A stretch of DNA of 64,000 nt from Octopus sinensis. Its lineage: Eukaryota. Where the stretch lies: assembly GCF_006345805.1 (NCBI RefSeq), contig NC_042998.1:73222001-73286000 (forward strand), read 5' to 3'. The position numbers were made by a program, and so were the translations under genes. Positions 26,288-39,057 of the stretch are shown here, in pieces. The notes beneath the pieces were generated by a model. That model saw nothing but the letters and a program-made list of their open reading frames with translations. It did no database searches and was not told the DNA's origin. Within the stretch, counting starts at the first letter, position 1; every line of letters starts with the position of its first letter.

Positions 26288-26651
26288 ATATATTTTCACA
26301 TTTGATTCCTATTTCTAATATTTTTTTATATGTTACGTTTAATTACTTCTTTGTATAATAGTGTTCCTTTGCTTAGTATATATATACATTGCTTAGTGTA
26401 TACATACACACACTCACAAACATATATATGCGCATATATGTTTGTATATGTGTGTATACGGGAAAATATATAAATATATCGGTCTATCAGTGACAAACTT
26501 TGCTTGGAAAATGCTGTATAGTCAACAACTAACTGTCGTCGCTGATATACCGATATACCAACATCAAACCACGAAAGCACGTGACCTTCTTCTACTAGTC
26601 ACATCCCACTTTACGGTAATAACAATGAACTACTTTCAATCAAACTCAAAA

Positions 26652-26910
26652 TGGCTGAAGAATAGCATCCATACCACAAGTTTCTGGGTTCAGTCCCACT
26701 GCGTGGTAGCTTCGGCACTTGTCTTCTACGATAGCCTCGGGCCAACCATTGTGAGTGTATTTGGTTAAGGGAAACTGAAAGACGCCTGTCGTATATATAA
26801 AAGAGACCGATAGAATAAGTACTAGGCTTAGAAAGAATAAGTTATTGGGTTGATTTGTTCGATTAAAGGTGGTGCTCCAGCAAGGGCATAATAAAATGAC
26901 TGAAACAAGA
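26652..26910 (+). mobile_element. tRNA-derived SINE family A, internally deleted
   Basis: tggctgaagaatag..gggttcagtcccactgcgtgg..gtggtgctccagc..atgactgaaacaag. Confidence 0.85.
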
Positions 26911-26959
26911 TACATAGGTGTGTATATATATATATAAATAAATAAATAAATAAATATAT

Positions 26960-27024
<65 letters not shown>

Positions 27025-27111
27025 TAAATAAGGATGATATCGATATTTAAATATCGATCTAATCTAGTGGCCCGCACGGGAATAAATACCATACAAAGTT
27101 AATAATTATTT

Positions 27112-27394
27112 AAACTATAAATCTGGGTATCTAAGCGATACCACCATGATAAAATAGCAGTCTGTATTTATCTGTATTTATGTGCTTATCTGGTATATTC
27201 AACTAAAGAAGGCAGAGCTTCTCTGAAGTAAAACCAGAAATCCAGGATCTTGAATTATCCGGTAAAATCTTTTTTGCTAGTTTATTTTGTCTTTCTGTCT
27301 TCCCTCCTGGCGAGATATGAACATTTAAGGTGGTTTAGTGTCAGGGCTTTGACTGCTATTCCAGTAAGGTGGTATCTCTCAGATACCCTAATTT

Positions 27395-27401
<7 letters not shown>
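27112..27401. mobile_element. MITE-like segment bounded by 34-bp inverted repeats
   Basis: 27112-27145 versus 27368-27401 match 30 of 34 in inverted orientation. Confidence 0.55.
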
Positions 27402-27434
<33 letters not shown>

Positions 27435-28828
27435 TGTAGTTGTGTGAGTGTCTGTCTCCTACGATTTAGATTCCGAACTCCTCCCACATTTTGTGGTGCA
27501 GTTTAACCAAATTCGGGTATCTTATAGTCGTGAGTAATATCGATCTCGTCTGGCTATTAGCGCGCGTCTACGATGAGTCTACGATTTTAAAAATAATTTA
27601 ACATCATTTTTTATTCCATTTTAGTGCATAATTTTTCGTGTGTCGATGGCGGCGGAGTTGGCGTCCACGCTCAAACACCTGCACCTGTGTTTGCTTCTCC
27701 CCCCTTCTTCCCTCCCTCATGAAGCTGTGGGGAAGGGAGTTTAAGGAAATCAACGTCGTAATGCGTTGTCAAGGAGACCAGCGTTCTTTTAGAACTACGA
27801 CTTCATGGCTTGAAGACACCAAAACAGAAATGGCTAAGAAAGCCCGAATTGGCATCTATAAAGGAAGTAACTCTCTAAAAATGCTTATATAGTTATTTCC
27901 CTTACAAACCCGAGCAACGCCGGGCGATACTGCTAGTATATATATAAAACTGTAGTTGTGTGAGTGTTTGTCTCCTACGATTTAGATTCCGAACTCCTCC
28001 CACATTTTGCGGTGCAGTTTCACCAAATTCCGGTATCTTATAGTCGTGATTCATATCGAGCCCGTCTGGGTAGTAGCGCGCGTCTACGATGAGTCTACGA
28101 TTTTAAAAATAATTTACCATAATTTTTTTCCATTTTAACGCATATTTTTTAAATAATGGGAAGGCGGCGGAGTTGGCGTCCATGCTCACACCTGTGTTGC
28201 TTCTCCCCCTTCTTCCCTCCCTCGTGAAGCTGTGGGGAAGGGAGTGTAAGGAAATCAACGTCGTAAAGCGTTGTCAAGGAGACCAGCGTTCTTTTAGAAC
28301 AACGACTTCAAGGCTTGAAGTCGCCAAAACAGAAATCGCTAAAAAAGCTGGAACAGATCCACAAAAACGGCAAAAACCGCCACACAGGACAGGTTTCCTG
28401 TGCAAACAATTTGCACAACCGAATGTTTTAGTTGTTGCACAAATCTTTATATATAAAAGTGAAGTTGTGTGTCTGTCTCCTACGATTTAGATTCCTAACT
28501 ACTCCCACATTTTGCGGTGCAGTTTAACCAAAACCGGGTATCTTATAGTCGTGATTCATATCGAGCCCTTCTGGGTATTAGCGCGCGTCTACGATGAGTC
28601 TACGATTTTTTAAAAAATGTACCATCATTTTTTCCATTTAAATGCATTTTTTCGCTATTATATAAGGGAAGTAACTCTCTAAAAATGTCTACGATGAGTC
28701 AACGATTAAAAAAAAATTACCATCATTTTTTATTCCATTTTTAATGCATTTTTTTGCTATAACTCTCTAAAAATGCTTATATAGTTATTTCCGTTACAAA
28801 CCCGAGCAACGCCGGGCGATACTGCTAG
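27402..28828 (+). mobile_element. Three tandem non-autonomous Helitron-like units
   Basis: Shared 5' (TA)n-aaa..gtagttgtgtg..gtctcctacgatttagattcc at ~27430, ~27945 and ~28455; A|TC start at 28444; 3' cccgagcaacgccggg hairpin plus CTAG|T at 27936 and 28828. Confidence 0.85.
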
Positions 28829-30009
28829 TATATATATATATATCAGTTTATGTTGTGGCATTTTTTAACCTGTTGTTGCTTATTAACAATACATTTTTCA
28901 TTTATCCATTAACCGAACGCGACGCACCCCGGCTTTTATTAATAGTAAGTTTTATATATCTGTGCGACTCTATTTCTTGCCTTCATTCATTCTTTCTACT
29001 TCTCTTCTCTTTCTCGTCATCTTACTTCTATTTCTAGCATTTCCTCTCACTCCTGTTTCTCTCCCTCCCTCTCTCTCTCTCTCTCGCTCTCTCTCTCTCT
29101 CGTACTCTTACTTCTATTTATCCTTTGTCCTTTTCCCCACTCATCCCGTCTCTTGTTTTCTGTCTGTCGCTATCCTTCTCACCTTTTTTTCCGTTAGCTG
29201 CTGCTGATACGTGACCCGTGACCCGTTCCCAACTCTTCTTTCTCTCGCCTTTTACACCGGTTGCGTAGCTGATCGGTCCTGAATTCTCTGCGTCTCACTG
29301 TCGAGCTATTTGTTGTTTTCTAATTTTTTTTAGGATACCTTCTGTGAATTACCCACTATTCCTGTCTTTCTGGCCCTTAGCCTATATTTTGCTCGTTTCT
29401 TGTTTGTTTTGTCTTTGTCCATCGTCTTAAATTACATTTATTCACTTTCGTATGTCCACTCTCTATTGGTTTGTTGGCTTCCGACCCTATATTCTTCGCA
29501 GCTTTCGCGGTCACCGCCAGTATGGAAAGTTCTCAGTCTCATCATTGAAGATGTGAATTTGAGTAATACCATGTGGTTGATAACTGATGAAGAATTAGGG
29601 ACATTCTGTGTCTGTCTCACGTCCGGTTGTACATTCAGTATAATTTGTACGTTTTAACCCAGTCGTTGATTATTTACAATACATAATTTTTTATTATATT
29701 TATTATTATATCTACTAGCAGAAAGACCGCTCTCCGGGCGGTTTTCCGCTAGCCTCTTGATAATATTTTCACATTTGATTCCCTTTTCTAAAATTTTTAG
29801 ATTTTACGTCTAATTATTTCTTTGTATAATAATGCTCATTGCTTAGTAAATATTGCTTTCCTTATTTTATCATAGTCATAATCTTTTTTAAACAAACATC
29901 ATGGTAGGGAGAAACAATTTATCAAGTTTAACCTTCCCCTCAATGCAACATAGAGATTTTAAGTCAGCAGCCCGTCTGTAAGCTTTGCAGTGTGTGAGAG
30001 GGAGGAAGA

Positions 30010-30012
30010 GAG

Positions 30013-30068
<56 letters not shown>
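30010..30068. repeat. (GA)n microsatellite
   Basis: Direct observation. Confidence 0.95.
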
Positions 30069-30071
<3 letters not shown>

Positions 30072-31456
30072 ATAAGAAACAATGAATGAAGTAAATATGA
30101 AATGAAAACATCGTATAGATGAAAGGGCGTTATTACAGATGAATACGCCCCCGATTTTGTTGCCACATAACATCTAGAAAAATGGATACTTCTTAACAAA
30201 ATTTTCTACAAATACCGCTTAGATGGTGTGGCTTCAGAGTATATAAGGAGTTATGGGAAGGAAATTTTGCCAGGGAGTGGAGAGAGATGTTTCACAAAAT
30301 TCACACAATCTGACTTTTTCCCATCATATCTTTCAGGAAGGTGGGTACCATTTACTGAAAATTTAAACAAATCCCTTCCAAATGGCATAGATTACAATTA
30401 TAAAGAATTTTGTGGTGAAAACATTTACGGGGATTTTCCCTATTTTGTTTTTAAACCACAGCCTTCGAAATGATGGAGTTGGTGGGGGCATCTTTCTACT
30501 CCCCCTCCTCCTTCATCCCACTGCGGATCTATTTTGGCCAATTTTATTTTTGCTCTTCAAAAACATGAGAAGAGTATTTTCGGTAAAAAAAAAGGTGATA
30601 TTTTCAGAGGGAAAGTGATTTTAGGGTGATATCGCTGTTATTTCTAGCATATGCAAAGACAACCCTCCTCGTTTCTTTATCACGTACAAATATATTAATG
30701 TTTTTCAATATTTTCCCCCATAAATATATGTATATGCTATAAAAAGGAAAATTTGAAAACTAATGAATTTGTTGCAACTTCACTCACTGCCCCCGATTTT
30801 TTCTGTATAGAAATTAAAATATTGGAGGGTCTGAGAATGTCATTGCTGGTATATATCCACAGTAATTTTCAAAAATTATGGAGATGTACTTGCTTAGCAA
30901 CTGACTTGATCTGAGACCATGTGCTGAAACAAAAGCAATTGCAGCGTGGATGTTGTTTGAAGATCATTCTAGAATACGAAAATACCGTTAGCTTCACTTC
31001 AACATTAAAACTTCCTTTGTGTCAAAACCCTTTCGTCGGTTTGAAACCACGACCTGTTCACTGACGAAACTTCACAAATGTGATGCAGCTCGAAGTTTTG
31101 TCAGTGAACAGCACACACACGCGCGCACGCACGCGCACACACATATCCATTGCTTTTCATTTGTGTGCATGTGTATTTATTTGAGGTCGCGAGTGTTTGT
31201 GTATGTATGTGTGTGTGAGTCACTGTTGAACCTGTGTTTGGAAACTCTGAATAAGAAGCAGTTTCGAGTAATTGTCAATAACTTTTTATTTGTCCACGTC
31301 TTCTAATTGTAATTACCCTACTTTCTAGGCTCTTTTCACAGCAATTCCGCTTTCAAAAATTAAACGGTTATTTTTTAAAATTTTCATTCAATATATAATG
31401 TTTTTACATTACGTATACATTGATAGCTAATTAAAACTTTAAACGAGAAAGTTAGA

Positions 31457-31522
31457 GACGCAGTGAATATTAAAATTTGTGATGAATTGGACGCAGTGAA
31501 TATTTAAATTTGTGATGAATTG
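31457..31522. repeat. 33-bp tandem duplication
   Basis: gacgcagtgaatatt(a/t)aaatttgtgatgaattg occurs twice. Confidence 0.9.
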
Positions 31523-32079
31523 GAATTTAAAAAATTAAATAAACTCGGGAAATCGAAATTATAGGAAAATTCTTAGAACATGAATTTATAAAAATATCTC
31601 CAGCCGGTCAAAGTCAACCCTTTAATAATTGCTTTCTTTCAGTACTTTTTGTAATTGTTACATAGCTAATTAATAAACAGCTTTCTCCATAATATATACA
31701 ATGCGCTGATCCGTGATAGAAAATTCAACAAAATAGTACTTCATCTGATGAGATAAATATTGATTTATATGTCGCAATATATGTATTAAAGCACTGCTAA
31801 TGGTTTCATATGTTGGGAAAACATCTTCAGGTGCAAACTGTTTATCATAACAAACTAAAGAAATTGAATAATAGAGGAAACAGGAAAAATTGAGAAGGCA
31901 GTGTATAGACAATGCAGAGAGTAAACAACGGAAAACGAATTAACGGATAAAAAAAAACAGAAACTAAAACATAAAAAATAAAATTACAAAGGTTAAATGA
32001 TAAGGCTGGAAAGATATCCAGTCATTCAGGAATAAGCAGAATTTTTCGATTCTTCAAAATATTTTTATACATATGCATG

Positions 32080-32540
32080 CAACCGCTGAAAATTTCTGAC
32101 TTGGAGCTCAATAGAGTGTTCGAGATCTTAGAGCTGAGCTGAACAGGATCTGCTTTCTTTCACATAAGGTAAAGATTTCTCATTTACTTTTCATTTAATC
32201 ACATACGGTGTTTCATTATCTTTCAAAGTCCATACGTATCTACCCAATTTAGTAACTTCACTTTCGTCCCTAAATCGGAAGTAGGCCGTGTGATTAGCAT
32301 AGCGATTTTTAAATTCACTTTCACATAACCAATATAGTTTTCTCATCAGTTGTATTATTATTTGTGGTTGCAGTAACTTCTGGCTCATATATGATAGATT
32401 TAGTCATACATCGTTGGGCAAGTGTACAGGATCCTGGTTCGCGAGAGTTGCAGCTGGATTCAGGCTCTTGGCATTGACTACGTGTAATGATACTCTTCAA
32501 TCTGGCGCAGCAGCTATATGATAATTTCACAAAATGCCAA
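32080..32540 (-). mobile_element. Penelope-like element GIY-YIG endonuclease fragment
   Basis: CNSREPGSCTLAQRCMTKSIIY..LCESEFKNRYANHTAYFR..TKLGRYVWTLKDN..IKWKV..C matches PLE CNCR..CPL..CL..YIG..FKxRYxNHxxSF..LSxYIWxLKD..WKI. Confidence 0.8.
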
Positions 32541-34899
32541 TTAACTATTTTCCTGCATCTGTGAGTGGCTTTTTGAGAAGTGGGGGAACCTATGGCAGTC
32601 TAGTAACTTTCGTAAAGTCCAGTAAATTTCGTAAATATGTTATTATTCAAAAGCAAACGTTGAAAAAAACAAATGCAGGATATCGTTTGCTATGCAGCGA
32701 TACTTATTGATTATATACAAATAAGGAAGTTTTAACCAACAATAATTGGAAAATGAAGTAGAAAGAATATTTAAAGATAGCAGAAAGGAGAACACTTGAA
32801 TATAAATCAATTTCACTTAAACAGGTATTAAACGATCCCAGTAAAATAAAAATGGGAAAGAGGAAAGAAAAGAGAAAAGGAAGAAAAATCATAAGAAATT
32901 AGTTTAAAGAAGAATTATTTTTAAAGATATTCATTCTGAACGAAACAACAGTGAATGGAAATGAATTAGCATGACAGAGAAAAATAATGGTTGGTATAAT
33001 TTATAGAGGTGTCTTCTCAAGAGGACATGGATTGACTCCGGAGTATTCTAGTAACTCCGGAGTTACTAGAATGCGAACCAGGATTTCTAATATGATGCTG
33101 TGTTGATAGTATTCTGCAAGAATTACATCAAAAGCATACACTGATGTTTTTTTTAATTTTCCTGAAAGCTGAGATAAAACCTGAGCTACAAGAATACACC
33201 AGGAGTAAATTTGATTGTCGACTACAAATATAAAAAAAGTGGCCTCCGTTCAGGCTTATCTTATTGACATTTACCAGAAGCCTATCAATCATGATATAAT
33301 ATTCCAAACTAACTTCCGTTAGCAAAACCAAATCTAGCGCAAAAGAAAAAAAAAATTGTATCCACACATATGGTAAGAACTACGAACCAATTGCATACCC
33401 GAATGGAATGTGCAGAATATATAGCAGATGTATATTTCAAGAAGTATAGCACTGATTAATGTTAATTACACTAGCAGTAAAGTATGCTTTTTGTTGAGAA
33501 ATCTGAATGATATTTCATTGCTGAACATGAAGACGGTAGCACCAGCCTGGCAAATAGCATTTGTGCGAGCAAATTGAAAATATATTCTAGCAAAACAATA
33601 TGGTTTATATGACGATGATGTATGGCCAAAATAACGGTAACGTTTCTCTCAATGACCTGGCAACTTCGTTGATATTCAAAGAGAAATCTTATAAATGTTC
33701 GGGAATGGATGAAATTATATGATATCGAGATACTTGGACAAAAATGAGTAAATATTGCAACTACATTTAAGATATATGGGCCTCATAATTCTTTACATGC
33801 AATATATCAGTAGCTCCCAATGTGCGCTACTGTAAAAGGTAAATAGTCATAAACCCGATGAAAGGTAATATTTTTAAATCTGATATAAAGATATCAGGTT
33901 TTCTTGAATGAGGAAAAGAAACGGTGCAATGTAGTAGCAGTCAATTGTCCAGTAAATGTTAAAATAGTGTTTAGATATAAGAAATACTTTGATATTTCCC
34001 AAACAAATGTTAAATCTGGTCTACACTTGTTATCATTGAGTCACTTGGTTACGTAAATGACCGCTAAATTATTTCTCATTCTTAAACAGATACGTTTCAG
34101 AGATACCCAATGCACAAAGCTAATTAAGGAAATATAATTATAAGCTTTTAAAGAAACTATTAATATATCTGAAATATTCCAGCAGTTTGGCATGTAACAT
34201 GTTCGTATACACATTTGCAGACATGAGTCAAAATCATACATGTATATATACATATATATCTGCGTGCGTGTGCAAGCGTATTTGTACATAAAACGAGTGA
34301 TTGGATAGCCGTGGACACACCTGTGTTCATTCGTTCATTAGTGGGCCTTGCTTTCCACCTTGCCAAGAGGTCTCCCTACAAAATCACTTCACTAAAGTAA
34401 TGTCCATGCAAGGACATACATCCTACAAACCCCTTTATCTTGATTTGTTATACTTCAGAACTAGCTACCTTTTACTTTTTTTTTATTTAATTCTCATCCC
34501 TAGCATAAGTAATACAATATAGTGATTCTTTCACTCTCCTACCACTGTTTCCACTCTTATCAACGCGCTATACACTCCCTTCCCACCCTACTGAGAGCTC
34601 TATCCTTGTTTGCTAACCCTGTTGTTCGCATCGCCTTTATGTTTATCTATGATACCGATATTGTCCTCCGCCTTGAGATACCTTTATGTCTTCGTTACTT
34701 CCTTCCAAATTTTCTACCATATCGCTCTTTTCACTGATCACTGGCAACAAATGTTTTCATATTACTAATTCGTCTTTAGTTACCTGAAGCCACCATCCTC
34801 TTCCCACATTTATTTCCAGTTTTCTCCTTACCTCCAGTTTCTCAGAGCTCTAGACCCGGTTAATTTTGAAAGGGTGAACAACAGCTTGTTTCCAATAGG

Positions 34900-36000
34900 T
34901 TCAATAGTCTGTAAGAGCGATCAGCAACCTGTTTTCAATAGTCTCTTTCCACCCAAGTATCACTCTCAAAATCCTCATTATCGTTAATAAAGCAGTTTTG
35001 GGAGTATGATCTACCCTCGTACCACAAATTTCTCAGAACTTTTTGTTAATGCTCCCAAACCCATAAAACTACTGGGATGACTATTACTCTCCTCATTACC
35101 CACATTCGTGCAGTTTCATTTTTTGTTTTAGTAGCTTGTACAATTCAATCTTTTCAATTTCTTTCTCACTCACTCGTGCATCTCTAAATATAGCAGTATG
35201 TATGATCTTGGTTTCTTTCTTCCTTGTATCCACTACAAAAATGTCTGATCTCCGATCCTCAATCAGTGAATAACACAGGATTGTAAAATCCCATAAGATC
35301 TGATACTCATTATTCCCAGTGAAAGCCTTCTGGCTTATGTTCGTACCATTTCTATGTTCTTTCAAAGTCGTACTTCTCACACAACCTCCAGTGAACAAAC
35401 TTAGCTGCGTTATCATACTTCCTTTTTTTACTCCTTTTGGGCCAGTTACCAATACTCACTCACAAAATGCGAGATAGTTTCGTTTTTGCTGTCCCACATC
35501 CTATAAAGAGGTGATTTACTGCTCTTATCTATTTAAAACTTGGTGCAATTAATTCTCAGAACTTGTTCCTGGGTGCTACATATCAATTCCTCAGTGCATT
35601 CTTTCAGATCACTTTCCATTAGTCATGTACATGTGTAGATCTTGTCTTTCCCTACCATTTCTCTGAGGTACTGCCTATGCATTATCTTCAGTTTCCAATT
35701 GTTCAATCTTTGTTCTCCCTTTTGCTTCCAAAAATATGCCCGTAGTACTCAGCATTGAAATAAAAAGTATGAAGATGATCTAATCCTTCTGATACTGAAA
35801 GGTTTTAGTAACGATTGTACTACCCCACCATGCAACACCTCATTAAACACCGTGGAAAAATGCCTTCTGTAATTCTTGTTCTTCTGCTCGCAGATTTATG
35901 CCATTTTGCCCCTTTCACCCGCATTTCAATAAATTCGCTTAAGATAGCACATTTTCTTCCGCTCACACTTTCCTTTTGCAGTTAAACTTGAAATCATCGA
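34900..36000 (-). mobile_element. R4/Dong-type (REL endonuclease) LINE 3' fragment
   Basis: Decayed CCHC knuckle (YRMWDSKNETISHFVSE), ILWDFTI..RRSDIFVVD..EKEIEKIE and VIVIPVV are typical of R4/NeSL/CRE REL domains. Confidence 0.85.
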
Positions 36001-36059
36001 TGAGGGTTCTACCAACCTTGTTCCTCAAACAACTTCTTTCTCTACAGTCAACAGGTGGA

Positions 36060-36900
36060 GGAGAACTATTTTAAGTGTCCGATTAAAGTAGGGTGACTAT
36101 CACCACTATGGACTCGGCCAAGAAACAGAACTGTCCTACACGCGATAGCAGTTGTTCGACAACACTTCACAAGTCCACAGTGCTCGGACACTAGATGAAT
36201 GCATGTACAATAGTTTAGTCGTTCTGTTCGGACGTCGGACATGCCCGTCCGAGAGCACATCCGTGCCTCTACAGCTTATTTCGAACAAGTAGTGCCCCTT
36301 CAAAGCTCTGTCAAGCCAAGGGCATTGGAAAAGTATTGATGGTGGTCTCCGATCAGAAAGTCCTCCGAAATAGACTACCCAGTTTGTTTACTTTTATGCC
36401 CGGTTTCCACAATCTATATTTCCGTAAAATGGTGCCGACCGACTCCACTCCGGAAGCAACCGATACCATGGCGGTCACGTTGTCCACGTACACCGATGCT
36501 ATCTTCTAGTGTCCCGGTTCGAAAGGAACGCTACTGAACTGTTCCAACTTCCTCAGCAGTGGCTCTAGAATTAGCATGTGCACAAGAGGCGACAGCAGAC
36601 AGTCCCGTCGAATGGTGGGTAGGGTGCGAAAACGTTCCCATAGATGGCCTTTTACTTTAACCACCAAAGAGATGTCACTGTTCATTGCCTCGATCTATCC
36701 ACTGAAACTAGTCGATTTCTGGACGGCTTGCAAGTAGAGATGGTCGACCCTATCGAAAGCTTTGTATTGATTCGAATTGATCAGAAACGCACCGAAGTCA
36801 GATATAATCCCAGAACTCTCTAAGATTTTCGAATAAGGTGGAATGTTTCGTGGGTACACCTGTTGGGATAGCCATACCTTTACGCTTCCTGACCAGACTA
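36060..36900 (-). mobile_element. Tx1/L1-clade LINE RT fragment
   Basis: NQYKAFDRVDHLYL, VKVKGHL, DCLLSPLVHMLILEPLLRKL and SVYVDNV (decayed YADDV). Confidence 0.8.
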
Positions 36901-38189
36901 CCGACGACAACTACCAGCATTTCTGCTAACAATTTGGCTAAAATCTAGTATATCCCTTAGCATATCCTGTACGTGAGTATCCTTCCTCACTAGTCCTAGT
37001 ATACGTCGGTTAACAGGACTAGCAGTTCTTCAGTTCTGCTACCAGTTACGCTAGATGTCTGCCAAGTATCCACCAAACAATTCTGCCGTGGAGTCGTAGA
37101 ATTCATAGAGAAGACTATCCAAACTGGGCTCATCGCCTTTCGTATTTCAGCGATAGTTATATGCGAAATAAAGTATAAGAAACTTAGTGATGAGTGATTT
37201 TAGTGATGAAGTATAAATATTTGTTCTTGATGCTTAGCTGTATATGAGCCTCTGGCATGAAATATATCCTATTTACTTATTAGAGAAATTTCGATTGAAC
37301 TATGAGTATGTATATCATTTAACAACTTGTGGACACCACGCATGCTTTTTGAAATAATACTAATTTTTATTCACAGTTAAAGTTTCTTTGACACATTTCG
37401 TCCGACATCCAGGCCCCATCGCGCGAAAGATATTTTTCTAACAGCGCAAAACAGGTCCTAAAAACAATGAAAAAGACAACTTTGAAAATATAATAATGAA
37501 TGCATAAACACATAAACAGCAGAAAATGAAAAGAATGTCGATTCAGCAAAAGAAAACAAATGTGTTGTTTGACATCAACAACAGCTCACGTATACAGAAA
37601 TTTTCACGCGACAGTGTTGTGAATACAAAACAAGCCACATCGTTCACAATTTTTTAGTTTGATATGTTGCTTCCTTGAACAGGTATCATTTCATGGAGAT
37701 TACAAATACGTGGACGCATTTTATTATTAGACAGGCGCTTCTGTCTCAAAACCTTTCACCAAGGTTTGGAAAAAAGAAAACTGTAATATGCTAAAACCTT
37801 GCAAAGCTACAGAGGTTTTTGTTGGACCAACAAACGAAAGGCTGGAGACAGCTCTCACAAAATGTGTTTGCGTAAAAATCTTTAATGGGTTAAACGAGAG
37901 CGTTGGTACCATTTGCTTTGCTTTCAGAATATGGGGGCACATGGTACAAGCCCGAAAAGTACGAGACATATATCCATAAACTAGTCAAACAATATAGGGA
38001 GACAAAATACATAACAGTGACAACGTGGGGTATTTACTCGTAGTGGTAGTCTCTTTCGTAGTGTAATATAGAAGGACGTTAAAAACCGACATAACTTCCG
38101 CATATACATAGTATGTTAGGTTTCTCATGGAAATACAAGTTTTCATGAAATTGCAAGTGATATAATCCAAAGTGATATAATCGCAAAGT

Positions 38190-39045
38190 ATCTTCATGCC
38201 AATCAATTTCTAGTTTATTAGATTTGATGGTCCGGTCTGTATATACTGGAAAGTCCCAAATGTCGCTACATTTTCTCTCTCAGTTTGAGCCACAGAATAG
38301 TGCTTGTACTATGTGTCAGAAGTTTTGATTTTACAATGCCGACATTTTATCCAGTGTAGATATTGGCCAACTCTGTCGTGTCTAGATTTATATTCTACTG
38401 GTGGTAAAACTTTACACCCAGAGATTAGGTGGTCCACTGTTTCACTTTCATTGTTGCAGTATCAGCACGTTGGCTGGTCAATAAGCTGTGATCTTGAATA
38501 GCTAAGATAAAGCCTTCACTCTCTACCTTTAGCACTGAGCTCTGTAGCAACTGATGGGTATGCTTCTTGTTTACATCAGCAGCTTAATTGCTACGGGTCG
38601 AATATTTGCCATGCAAAAGTTTTTGTTCCAAATTGTTCAAACGCGTTTTGTTTTTATGTTGATTTCGCCTTTTTTACGACAACAATTGCCGCACTTCCTT
38701 TATGCTGTTTCAACTGGATATTATGCATGAACTAATTAGTATTTTTTTTTGCTCTCCTTCATGATAGGATGAAGCTTCTTACGTCTCTCGTGGTTTTTAA
38801 TGAGTTTTAGCATCCAGTCGTTAGATATTTCAAGATATCTGGCCAGTCCATTTGTGGTCGGTTTGTAAGAGATTTCAAATTGAATCAATCTTCAACTTCC
38901 TTGGGCTCTGGAAATGTAAAGACGATCTGCATCTGCCTTTGGGTGGTGCATCTTATTGCAAGTGGGCATCTTGCGGATTTTCCTGTCAATCTTCCTTATT
39001 TCGCTCATATTCCAGTTCAACATATCGGAACAATTGTAAATTATT
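38190..39045 (-). mobile_element. R4/Dong-type LINE fragment
   Basis: LNWNMSEIRKIDRKIRK..MHHPKADADRLYISR, LLHGKY, LKVESEGFILAIQD and later TFGTFQYIQT (ILWDF/HTDR region). Confidence 0.85.
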
Positions 39046-39057
39046 GTCATTATTATT

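Noticed and set aside
27402-28828. CRISPR-like or satellite array
   Set aside because: Units are 380-530 bp with Helitron termini; no short repeat-spacer pattern and no cas genes.
29578-29660. Hammerhead starting gataaCTGATGAa
   Set aside because: No GAAA or stem III follows; at best a decayed remnant.
33400-34780. Possible decayed coding or TE sequence
   Set aside because: Short motif-like bits on both strands, none consistent enough to call.
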